Shown: positions 56,918 through 64,000 of the stretch, piece by piece
How the letters are laid out: each line of letters begins with the position of its first letter
How positions within the stretch are numbered: the first letter of the stretch is position 1
Assembly: GCA_001002285.1 (NCBI GenBank)
Contig: LCLX01000002.1
Coordinates: 131,827 to 195,826 of the forward strand
Direction of reading: 5' to 3'
DNA length: 64,000 bases
Origin: Microgenomates group bacterium GW2011_GWC1_46_15
Lineage (GTDB): Bacteria; Patescibacteriota; Microgenomatia; UBA1400; UBA12028
The notes under the pieces: model-generated
Database searches by the model: none
The model's input: the letters and a program-made list of their open reading frames with translations, nothing else
What the model was told of the DNA's origin: nothing
Translations under genes and position numbers: made by a program

Positions 56918-56991
56918 CGGGGCTGCCAGGGCTCGAACCTGGAAACTAACGCTTTTGGAGAGCGCTGTGCTACCAATTACACCACAGCCCC
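56918..56991 (-). tRNA. tRNA-Trp (anticodon CCA)
   Basis: Cloverleaf GGGGCTG...CAGCCCC acceptor, D-arm GTGT/AATTGGTA/GCAC, anticodon loop CTCCAAA, T-arm CCAGG-TTCGAGC-CCTGG. Confidence 0.85.
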
Positions 56992-57049
56992 AAGACATCT
57001 AGTATTCTATCGTGTTTTTCTTCAAAATCCAATCTGCTACACTACACGC

Positions 57050-58417
57050 ATGCCCAACACACTTCTCGACTCCCAACTTGACACACTTCTCGCGCAAGAC
57101 AGGCGATTCATTGAGTCCACCGAGTTCCCCATCGTCACTGTTTCTTCATCGTTCCGCGAAGATCTTAAACAGTTTTACGGCATGGAACATGACCCAAATA
57201 TGCGTGATGTTGTGTTTTCCCGCGCGCATTTTTCGATGGCATTTGCCATGGCAGTTGAAGCATGGCTTCCACAAAAAGACCGCCAGCATCTCGAAAAGTA
57301 CATCGCTCCTCAACCAAACGCAAAACGGGCGTGGTTCATTGATCCAACAAACTACGTGCAGTCCAAAGACTGGTCAAAAATCCAAACAATTGAGTACATT
57401 GGGCGAAAACTTGCGCGGAATAGTTTTTTGAAATGGGTAAAAGACCGTATTGATACATTCGCCCGCAACCGCCTTCCCATTACAACCGCTATCACCCCTC
57501 CCCTTCTCCATCTTTTTCAACACGTTCACCGACCGATTATTTCTCTCCATTACGAGGTTGGAAATATTTTGGCAGGCGTTGGTAAACACGTAGTGCAAGT
57601 TGTAACAGATCCGCACGTGCGCGACCAATACCTCGATCATGCCGATCTGCCAAACATCAAGTTTTGTGTATTTGATGAGAAAACCAAGAGTGATTTTTTG
57701 GAGAAAGCCGCGCTTTTTGGCAAACACGTTGATGAAAAACGTGTGATTGTGACGGGACCGCCAGTCTGTCCACGTGTTGTCGGAGCACGGAAGAAAAAAT
57801 CGATCCATGACCTCCGCCGCAGACCTTTGCGCATCTGTATCACCACCGGCGGTTTGGGAACAAATAAGGAAGAAGTGCGAAAAATCCTTTCAGAATTGCT
57901 TGATCTTGTTCGCAAGCGTCCGGAACCCATTCACATTCTCTGTTACGCTGGCACACAACACGACTTCACACTCATGATTCAAGACATTGCGAAAAAAGAA
58001 CACATTACCATTGAACCGCTTGAGAACGAAAACGCAAAGTTCCGCCTCATTCACGGCAAACACATTGTGGAACTCAATGAACAACTCATTCAGTACGCGT
58101 TTCCTTGGGCCGATGTATTTATCACGAAACCGTCCGGCGACATGGCGTATGACGCTGCTGCGGCCGGGTGTTCCCTCCTCTTTTTAACACCGTGGGGAGA
58201 GTGGGAAAAGAACATTCAAGAGGTATTTGAACAGCAAGGTGTTGGGAGAAAAGCAGAAATCGAGCATATCAAAACACAGGTCAACGTATTAAGCGTGCGC
58301 GCACTCCACAACAACGAGTCGTGGTTTGAACACGCAAAAGAAAAAGCGCTAAACTTGCCAGCGCTGTTTTTGCATGGTTCAGAAAACATTTTGAACATCG
58401 CAAAAGAGTGGAAATAG
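57050..58417 (+). CDS. MGDG-synthase/UgtP-like glycosyltransferase (GT28 family)
   Basis: ATG downstream of the tRNA (the longer TTG ORF overlaps tRNA-Trp); ICITTGGLGTN and FITKPSGDMAYDAAAAGCSLLFL resemble the GT28 C-terminal domain. Confidence 0.5.
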   Translation: MPNTLLDSQLDTLLAQDRRFIESTEFPIVTVSSSFREDLKQFYGMEHDPNMRDVVFSRAHFSMAFAMAVEAWLPQKDRQHLEKYIAPQPNAKRAWFIDPTNYVQSKDWSKIQTIEYIGRKLARNSFLKWVKDRIDTFARNRLPITTAITPPLLHLFQHVHRPIISLHYEVGNILAGVGKHVVQVVTDPHVRDQYLDHADLPNIKFCVFDEKTKSDFLEKAALFGKHVDEKRVIVTGPPVCPRVVGARKKKSIHDLRRRPLRICITTGGLGTNKEEVRKILSELLDLVRKRPEPIHILCYAGTQHDFTLMIQDIAKKEHITIEPLENENAKFRLIHGKHIVELNEQLIQYAFPWADVFITKPSGDMAYDAAAAGCSLLFLTPWGEWEKNIQEVFEQQGVGRKAEIEHIKTQVNVLSVRALHNNESWFEHAKEKALNLPALFLHGSENILNIAKEWK

Positions 58418-58451
58418 TTTTCCAGTGTTTTTGCGCGCAAAAAGTGGAGTT

Positions 58452-58631
58452 CTACTTGAGTTTGCTTGACTCTTTATGCTCGGTCACTTTTCTGCAGTGT
58501 TTGCAGTATTTATTGAGCTTTAATTTATCCGGCGTGTTGAGTTTATTGCGTTGGGTAATATAGTTGAACATGCCACACACGCCACACTTCAATCCGAATG
58601 CTTGTCGTGGACCCTTTTTCGCTTTTGGCAT
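58452..58631 (-). CDS. rpmG: 50S ribosomal protein L33 (not in ORF track)
   Basis: MPKAKKGPRQAFGLKCGVCGMFNYITQRNKLNTPDKLKLNKYCKHCRKVTEHKE with the C4 zinc ribbon of bL33. Confidence 0.75.
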   Translation of the reverse strand: MPKAKKGPRQAFGLKCGVCGMFNYITQRNKLNTPDKLKLNKYCKHCRKVTEHKESSKLK

Positions 58632-58669
58632 AGATACTCCCCTATTTTTATTCTGTTTTACACATTCTG

Positions 58670-58741
58670 AGCCATCTCAGGGATTCGAACCCTGGACCTG
58701 CTGTTTACAAAACAGCTGCTCTACCGCTGAGCTAAGATGGC
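58670..58741 (-). tRNA. tRNA-Thr (anticodon TGT)
   Basis: GCCATCT acceptor paired with AGATGGC, anticodon loop TTTGTAA, T-arm CAGGG-TTCGAAT-CCCTG. Confidence 0.85.
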
Positions 58742-58743
58742 GA

Positions 58744-59895
58744 TTATATCACGTATTGTACCAGATGCGCACCTCGGCGGGAGCGGGTAATTTTCTTTTT
58801 GGGGGTTGGGGTGTTTTTTGCCTTTTTCTGCTTCAAAAACCGATCCATGCATGACTGTACAATGTACTCAACAACATCCGCAAACGTCATTCCGGCAGCT
58901 AAAAATGATGTGCTGAGCGCACAGTCTTCATCAGCTCCAAGACCGGGATTTGTGTTTGCTTCTAACACAAAAATCTCACTATTGTTACGCACGCGGATGT
59001 CCACCCGCGTATAGTCGCGGAACTTCAACGCGGAAAATGCGCGCGTGCTTACGTCACGCAACGCAGTATCTAACTTTGCGGGAAGCTTTGCGGGTACAAC
59101 GCGCGACTGCGCGTATTCGGGATGCTTTTCATCCCATCGGCTATCGTATGTTAAAAACGCATCGGTTCCGCGCACATCAAATTGAATTTCTGCAATTGGC
59201 AACACAACCGATACACCATTTTTTTCTAACACCGTCACATGAAACTCCCGTCCATCAACAAACTCTTCAGCGAACACGGGCTGTTTAAATGACAGTATTT
59301 GACGGTGTATAACAGCACGCAGTTCATTTGCCGTATGCACCACGGAAGAACGTGTTAAACCGATACTACAATGCTCTAAGCACGGCTTTACAATCACTGG
59401 AAATACAAAATCTTTACGAATCAACTCATTTCCCGTTTTAAATGACTGCCACCGCGCCGTTGGAATGTGTTCCGCGTCAAATATTTTTTTCATCACGCGT
59501 TTATCCACGTTCATAAAATAATTTTGTTTTGACGCACCAGTAAATGGAATACCATGTTTTTCTAATTTTTCTAATATTGTGAATGCGCGTTGAGAATATT
59601 TTAAATCAACACCCGTCCATTCAATCACATTAAATATGTAGTCAGCATGAATATATTGAATATCATTAATAGTGCGCGTTGTAATAGGATGAAGTGTTGA
59701 TGTATGTCCTTTTTCTTGTAGTACTCGATGTATTTGGCGTGCGGAACTCGCTGTATCTTCGTCTGTTGCGGCATATGACGAATGTTTCATGCGCGCTGTT
59801 GGAACGCTGTATATCACCGCAATATGAAGTTTTGAACGATGATGTGATGTGTAACGATGTTTTTTCATAAACGTATTTTCAGATGTGTAAAACAA
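58744..59895 (-). CDS. D-alanine--D-alanine ligase-family ATP-grasp enzyme, paralog 1
   Basis: IAVIYSVP... N-domain, ATP-grasp core, EANTNPGL (cf. Ddl EVNTxPGMT); true start may be the internal MKKHR. Confidence 0.6.
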   Translation of the reverse strand: MFYTSENTFMKKHRYTSHHRSKLHIAVIYSVPTARMKHSSYAATDEDTASSARQIHRVLQEKGHTSTLHPITTRTINDIQYIHADYIFNVIEWTGVDLKYSQRAFTILEKLEKHGIPFTGASKQNYFMNVDKRVMKKIFDAEHIPTARWQSFKTGNELIRKDFVFPVIVKPCLEHCSIGLTRSSVVHTANELRAVIHRQILSFKQPVFAEEFVDGREFHVTVLEKNGVSVVLPIAEIQFDVRGTDAFLTYDSRWDEKHPEYAQSRVVPAKLPAKLDTALRDVSTRAFSALKFRDYTRVDIRVRNNSEIFVLEANTNPGLGADEDCALSTSFLAAGMTFADVVEYIVQSCMDRFLKQKKAKNTPTPKKKITRSRRGAHLVQYVI

Positions 59896-59913
59896 AATAT
59901 AGAGAACTCGCTA

Positions 59914-59945
59914 TTGACAAATGGTCCATAAGTATTTTGTATGAT
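59914..59945 (+). promoter_or_regulatory. AT-rich divergent promoter region (TTGACA ... TGTATGAT) between the two Ddl-like genes
   Basis: TTGACA at about 59914 and TATGAT at about 59940; the spacing is non-ideal, so this is weak. Confidence 0.2.
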
Positions 59946-60068
59946 AGTTATCACATATTTTTTTGCAATGTGCAAAGATAAAAAAAGAAAAAGAAATATG
60001 TGAGAAAAATAAAAAAGGAAAAAAGAAATATAGTGTCACGAACTTAAAAAACTTTTTACAACTGCCAC

Positions 60069-61067
60069 ATGCACGTTACCGTCATTTACAACCCTCCAGA
60101 CAAATCCAACGAAGAGATCGCCGCAACAGAAGACCACATTGAGAAGATCGCTGCGACTGTTGCCGAATCATTAAAAAAGCGCGGCCTTGCGGTTGACGTG
60201 CATCAGGTTTCAGAAAAAAATTTATACTCACTGATTAAACAAAAAAAGACTGATGTATTTTTTAACATTTGCGACAGCGAGCATTTGTACATGCGCGTTG
60301 TGCGTCAGTTGGAAAAACACGGCCGCGTATTTACTGGTCCCGGCCCGCGCGTCATGTCGTTGACCGTTGATAAAATCGCGACAAAGAAAATTTTTGGTGA
60401 GATCGGCGTTCCAACACCACAGTGGCAGTTGTTTAAAACAGGAAAAGAAAAAATCCATGTAAGCTTGCGATTCCCGCTTATCGTAAAGCCACAAAAAGAA
60501 GACTGCAGTATTGGTATTAGTGAAGATTCAATCGTTCACAATAAAAAACAGTTGCGTGCGCGGCTTGAACACATGTGCGCGACATACCATCAACCCATTC
60601 TGGCCGAACGTTTTATTTCTGGCATTGAGTTGCACTGCACGGTTGTTGGCAACGAAACCGATGCGATTGCGTTCCCACTGGCCGAGCTCCGCACCCCGAG
60701 CGGCGATACCGATAACGAGTTTATTTACGATTTTGAAGCAAAGTGGATGGAAGACTCAGAAAAATTTAAATGCTACTTCGTCTCCCCCGCTCCTAGCATT
60801 GATGCGCGCACCACAAAAAAGATTCAGAAAGCCGCGCGGCAGGCATTTCTTGCGCTGGAAATGAAAGATTACGGCCGGTTTGACATTCGCTACAACCAAA
60901 AAACAAAACGGTGGTACTTTTTGGAGGCTAATGCAAACCCCTGTTTGGAAAACAAAGACACTGAAGCATTGATTGCCGCCGCCAACGCAAGCGGATATCA
61001 CTACGAGAAGTTCATTAACCGCATTTTCGATGCGTGCGTATCACGGCACGCGATTGCGCTATCGTAA
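60069..61067 (+). CDS. D-alanine--D-alanine ligase-family ATP-grasp enzyme, paralog 2
   Basis: VTVIYNPP... N-domain, LIVKPQKEDCSIGIS, EANANPCL; collinear motif-for-motif with paralog 1 but highly diverged. Confidence 0.6.
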   Translation: MHVTVIYNPPDKSNEEIAATEDHIEKIAATVAESLKKRGLAVDVHQVSEKNLYSLIKQKKTDVFFNICDSEHLYMRVVRQLEKHGRVFTGPGPRVMSLTVDKIATKKIFGEIGVPTPQWQLFKTGKEKIHVSLRFPLIVKPQKEDCSIGISEDSIVHNKKQLRARLEHMCATYHQPILAERFISGIELHCTVVGNETDAIAFPLAELRTPSGDTDNEFIYDFEAKWMEDSEKFKCYFVSPAPSIDARTTKKIQKAARQAFLALEMKDYGRFDIRYNQKTKRWYFLEANANPCLENKDTEALIAAANASGYHYEKFINRIFDACVSRHAIALS

Positions 61068-61075
61068 AAAAACAA

Positions 61076-61441
61076 ATGACACAAAATTCACAACTAGGAA
61101 AAGAAGGTGCAAAAATAGAAACTGCGGTTCAACCTGTTTCTTCTGCAGTTTCACCTTCAGTAGCAGAGGGGGTCATTATTGATTCGACCACACAGGAATA
61201 TCTTCGTTTACTCCAAATGGAGGGTTTCGAAGCGGCAAATAATTATGCAGAGTTGATGAACTATACCCCTCCGCCTGGTATAAAGACGCGGCGAGAGAAA
61301 CCAAAACAGATAGCGTCACCTCCAGCAGAACTGGTAAGTCCCGAAGAGTCTCATGTAAATAAATGGAAGTTCTCTTTGTTTGTGCCAGGTGTAGGACTCG
61401 AATCCCCCTGCGGAGGATTCTTTCGTTGTCTTACTTTCTAG
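61076..61441 (+). CDS. hypothetical protein whose 3' end runs into a duplicated tRNA-Tyr fragment
   Basis: ATG at 61076 (MTQNSQL...); the last about 20 codons are encoded by the 21-nt tRNA 3'-end repeat. Confidence 0.3.
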   Translation: MTQNSQLGKEGAKIETAVQPVSSAVSPSVAEGVIIDSTTQEYLRLLQMEGFEAANNYAELMNYTPPPGIKTRREKPKQIASPPAELVSPEESHVNKWKFSLFVPGVGLESPCGGFFRCLTF

Positions 61442-61461
61442 TGCCAGGTGTAGGACTCGAA
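61382..61461. repeat. 21-nt direct repeat gtgccaggtgtaggactcgaa (61382-61402 and 61441-61461) = duplicated 3' end (T-arm + acceptor) of tRNA-Tyr
   Basis: The second copy is the genuine tRNA 3' end; the first copy cannot form a T-stem (GGGGG vs CCTAC). Confidence 0.6.
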
Positions 61462-61524
61462 CCTACGTAGGCTTAAGCCACCTCTTTTACAGAGAGGTCT
61501 CGTTGACCGCTTGAGTAACCTGGC
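61442..61524 (-). tRNA. tRNA-Tyr (anticodon GTA), type II with long variable arm
   Basis: GCCAGGT/ACCTGGC acceptor, 3-bp D-stem, anticodon loop CTGTAAA, variable hairpin GGCTTAAGCC, T-arm GTAGG-TTCGAGT-CCTAC. Confidence 0.85.
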
Positions 61525-61566
61525 GTCGCAAGTATTGTATCATGATAGAATCAAGATCAAAACCAG

Positions 61567-62184
61567 ATGAAAAATAATCATAAACCTTCAAAAAACACTC
61601 TTCTTTCTCTCTATAAAGAGGGTAAATCTATGGTTGATATAGCAAAACTACTCAAATGTTCTGAACACAAAATCGTGTACTGGATGATGAAATACCACAT
61701 TGCGCGCAGATCAAGAAGTGAGGCCTCTTATGTCCAACAAAATCCAAACGGAGATCCATTCAATATACAAACATCACTTTCTCCCGAAGAACAAAAAATA
61801 TTTTGGTTAGCTTTAGGGATCTATTGGGGAGAGGGTAATAAAGTTTCTCCACATGTTGTAAAAGTAACAAATACAGATCCCGATCTACTACGTATATTTC
61901 AAAGTTTCCTGACCAAAATTTGCCACATTTCTCCCGAAAAAATTTCATATAGTATTGTCGCTTTTCATGACAACAATTCCACTGTTGTGCGGTCGTATTG
62001 GGCAAATCAGCTACAGATTTCTCCAGAAAAATTTGGTAAAATCGTTCAGATTCCAACACAAGGCCGTGGAACATACAAGAAAAAATCGATGTATGGCGTG
62101 TGCATGATTTCTGTGAGCAACATCAAATTAAAAGCTTGGATATTGAAACAGCTTCAAAATTTGAAAAATGCCTGGGTAGTTTAG
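61567..62184 (+). CDS. HTH + LAGLIDADG-like homing-endonuclease-like protein
   Basis: N-terminal HTH (LLSLYKEGKSMVDIAKLLKCSEHKIVYW) then FWLALGIYWGEGNK (LAGLIDADG-like) and TNTDPDLLRIFQSFL; stop codon lies 13 nt inside the tRNA-Thr gene. Confidence 0.35.
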   Translation: MKNNHKPSKNTLLSLYKEGKSMVDIAKLLKCSEHKIVYWMMKYHIARRSRSEASYVQQNPNGDPFNIQTSLSPEEQKIFWLALGIYWGEGNKVSPHVVKVTNTDPDLLRIFQSFLTKICHISPEKISYSIVAFHDNNSTVVRSYWANQLQISPEKFGKIVQIPTQGRGTYKKKSMYGVCMISVSNIKLKAWILKQLQNLKNAWVV

Positions 62185-62241
62185 TGGCAAAACAAGCCCT
62201 TGGTAAGGGCTAGAGCGCGGGTCCGATTCCCGCTCCAGGCT
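62170..62241 (+). tRNA. tRNA-Thr (anticodon GGT)
   Basis: GCCTGGG/TCCAGGC acceptor (one G-U), D-arm GTTT/AGTGGCA/AAAC, anticodon loop TTGGTAA, T-arm GCGGG-TCCGATT-CCCGC. Confidence 0.85.
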
Positions 62242-62260
62242 CAGTAAAAACTTTTTTATA

Positions 62261-62638
62261 CTACTTTCCTTCTGCAATTTTCATCTTCTTAAACGCAATA
62301 ATGCGCGCGATAATATACGCATCAAACTCCTTGATATCTGCAAACTTCCGTGTTTTCTTGATTTTTTTTCCATCTTCCACTTCTTCTTCTATGACGGTTG
62401 GAATTCTTCCATTGACAAGTTCTGTAGACCATCGTTCCGTTTCACTTTCTAAAATTCCATAATTTTGCTTAAGAGAAATGGTTGAGATTTTAAACAATGT
62501 ATTTGTCAGTATCGAATTGGTGTCTGCTAACGAACCCCAGTCGGTGTGTTCGCCTGTTTCTGGAGGATTTCCTTGCTTCCCCTTCTTTCTTCCAGGTGTT
62601 TCTCTTAATGGTTGAGTTTCAAAACCGTATCTCGTCAT
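62261..62638 (-). CDS. hypothetical protein (doubtful)
   Basis: 125-aa ORF from the internal ATG; the longer GTG ORF is translated through the terminator hairpins; no room for its own promoter. Confidence 0.25.
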   Translation of the reverse strand: MTRYGFETQPLRETPGRKKGKQGNPPETGEHTDWGSLADTNSILTNTLFKISTISLKQNYGILESETERWSTELVNGRIPTVIEEEVEDGKKIKKTRKFADIKEFDAYIIARIIAFKKMKIAEGK

Positions 62639-62653
62639 AAGGAACGCATTATA

Positions 62654-62680
62654 CACAAAAAGTCCTCCTCTAAGGAGGAC
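62654..62680 (-). terminator. rho-independent terminator (minus strand) GTCCTCC-TTAGA-GGAGGAC-TTTTTGTG
   Basis: 7-bp GC-rich stem plus U-tract; near-duplicate of the next one. Confidence 0.5.
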
Positions 62681-62692
62681 CCTCCTAGATCG

Positions 62693-62715
62693 CACAAAAA
62701 GTCCCCTTCGGGGAC
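62693..62715 (-). terminator. rho-independent terminator (minus strand) GTCCCC-GAAG-GGGGAC-TTTTTGTG
   Basis: 6-bp stem with GAAG loop followed by U-tract; lies about 280 nt downstream of the galU stop. Confidence 0.55.
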
Positions 62716-62994
62716 TCTCCTAAGATTGCAATAAAAGCCCCACGGCAGAACGAATAAAGAGGAAGTGTTCCCCCAAAATACTAGGGTGGAAGAGTGCTGA
62801 CTATCCCACGGGATAGCCGGACAACTCAATCCGTAGAACAAATCTTGTAGAGGAAAAAACTCCTCTTCTGACCGTCCTGCTGTAGGGCACATTCACTATC
62901 TCAAACTGGTGTAAACGTGTCAATAACAGTAGCACGAGAATATTTCTCGGGCGAATACAGTTCACTCAAGACTCCTTCATATGTGGTGAGGTTT

Positions 62995-64000
62995 TTAGGC
63001 AGTTTTCTCGAGGATTCTCACCCACTCGGGAATTTTTTTGCCGTATTTTTCATTTGCCATCACATACTTCAAGTGCGCTATAAAGTAGTTTTCCGGATCG
63101 CCGGTGGTCACCCACTCACCTTTTGTGTGTTCGACCAGCACTGTTTTCCCTTTCGCGATCTTTGTAATGGCATCAACTGTCCACAACTCGCCGTCTTTGC
63201 CAACGCTTTGCGCGTTTAAGTACTGAAAGATTGATGGCTTGAGGAGATACCGCCCATACGACGCGAGGCGGCTTGGCTCTTTTCCTTTTTCCGGCTTTTC
63301 AATAATGTTGTCGAGTACAGTCGTTGTTCCCTGCTGGCCCCCTTGTTTAGGGACAATGATTCCATATTTATCAACAACATCCGGCGAAACTTCCTGCGCC
63401 ATGATAATTCCCTCAACGTCTGGGTGCTGGGCGTACAAATCAACCATCACCTTTGCGTCACCCATCTCGCCAAACACAACGTCATCGCTGTACATTACTA
63501 AAAACGCTTCTTCTGTTTCAACAAACTTTTGTGCCGAAACAACCGGCGATCCATTGCCATACGGCAAACTTGGATCCTGCACGATCACGATAATTTTGGG
63601 ATAGTTAAGGACATGCTGAACCAGCTCGTATCTGTCTCCCTTGCCTTGCGCAACGAGCTGTTTACGGATGTGATTGACATTATTGTTGAAATAATCTTCG
63701 TAAATCGGTTTGCCCTCGGGAGTTGACACGAGCACAATTTCTTCAATCCCCGCCTGTACACATTCTTCAACCATAAACTGCATAATCGGCCGGTTACCAA
63801 GTGGAAGCATTGCTTTTGGAATTGTTTTTGTGATGGGAAGATAGCGGCTTGCGAATCCCGCGTCTGTAATGATTGCTTTGCGGATACGCTTTGAGGATGA
63901 CGGGGGTGTTGCTGATGCTGCGGGTGCTGTGGGCGCTGGAGACGGTGTTGGTACTACTGGAGTTGCTGGAGTTACTTGTGCTACGGGTGCTGCTGGTGTT
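62995..64000 (-). CDS. galU: UTP--glucose-1-phosphate uridylyltransferase with Pro/Ala/Thr-rich N-terminal extension (5' end beyond window)
   Basis: ...KAIITDAGFASRYLPITKTIPKAMLPLGNRPIMQF (GalU N-terminal motif) continues upstream of the ORF-track Met; further upstream the frame encodes PAAPVAQVTPATPVVPTPSPAPTAPAAS... to the window edge. Confidence 0.8.
   Translation of the reverse strand, partial: TPAAPVAQVTPATPVVPTPSPAPTAPAASATPPSSSKRIRKAIITDAGFASRYLPITKTIPKAMLPLGNRPIMQFMVEECVQAGIEEIVLVSTPEGKPIYEDYFNNNVNHIRKQLVAQGKGDRYELVQHVLNYPKIIVIVQDPSLPYGNGSPVVSAQKFVETEEAFLVMYSDDVVFGEMGDAKVMVDLYAQHPDVEGIIMAQEVSPDVVDKYGIIVPKQGGQQGTTTVLDNIIEKPEKGKEPSRLASYGRYLLKPSIFQYLNAQSVGKDGELWTVDAITKIAKGKTVLVEHTKGEWVTTGDPENYFIAHLKYVMANEKYGKKIPEWVRILEKTA

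Noticed and set aside
62716-62994. RNase P RNA, tmRNA or SRP RNA in the galU 3' region (and in the glmS leader 4771..5115)
   Set aside because: The conserved GGAAAGUCCGG (RNase P), GGUCCGGAAGG (SRP) and tRNA-like 3' end (tmRNA) strings were not found on either strand. The galU 3' region was kept only as an unclassified structured region.
1-64000. CRISPR arrays, rRNA genes, insertion-sequence transposases
   Set aside because: No regularly spaced short direct repeats with unique spacers, no rRNA-like conserved stretches, and no DDE, integrase or IS terminal-inverted-repeat signatures were seen on reading the window.

Overview
This 64-kb window is cellular, not phage. It carries ribosomal proteins, aminoacyl-tRNA synthetase, nucleotide-metabolism and cell-wall genes, tightly packed, with ATG/GTG/TTG starts and AGGAG-type ribosome-binding sites. 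Every protein call rests on motif and architecture recognition from the translated ORFs, not on database searches. Coordinates derived by codon arithmetic from the supplied ORF track should be exact; small features placed by hand could be off by 1-2 nt.

The first 35 kb is a mostly minus-strand housekeeping backbone. It includes dnaX (partial), ybeY, rpsU, a HIT hydrolase, glmS behind a 345-nt leader, archaeal-type proS, prs, rpsT, rseP, frr, tsf and rpsB. A dense dNTP/one-carbon cluster follows: folD, nfo, a cmk-like gene, glyA, pyrH, tmk, a thyA-like fusion and dcd. Then come topA, dprA, a PBP2 transpeptidase, mreB with an insertion, an O-antigen-ligase/TPR protein, and def-fmt.

The middle region (about 35.5-55 kb) is accessory-like and is the main candidate for something new. 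It contains an in-frame-stop HAD pseudogene and an orphan AbiEii-family toxin. Beyond these lies a locus with tatC, five paralogous tatA genes (two of them an inverted, diverged pair 17.7 kb apart), proteins with twin-arginine motifs and several SH3b-domain membrane proteins. The locus also encodes a CPBP protease, a CHASE-like sensor, a MidA-like methyltransferase, and three huge Thr/Ser/Gly/Asn-rich beta-helix or tail-fibre-like proteins without signal peptides.

The last part holds a RibD-C/DHFR-like gene, an AAA ATPase, a GT28 glycosyltransferase, rpmG and two divergent Ddl-like ATP-grasp paralogs. It also holds four tRNAs (Trp-CCA, Thr-TGT, Tyr-GTA, Thr-GGT), a 21-nt duplication of the tRNA-Tyr 3' end next to a LAGLIDADG-like HTH gene, and twin terminators. 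The window ends with galU, which has a Pro/Ala/Thr-rich N-terminal extension running off the window.

Other notable points are a decayed Hanks-type Ser/Thr kinase C-lobe pseudogene between tmk and thyA, a candidate glmS-ribozyme-like leader, and a ThyA fused to a roughly 200-aa unknown N-terminal domain. No CRISPR array, rRNA, integrase or transposase was found. The lineage is not determined; the reduced gene content, short EF-Ts and absence of uppS/cdsA between frr and rseP would fit a small-genome bacterium such as a Patescibacteria-like lineage, but this is inference.
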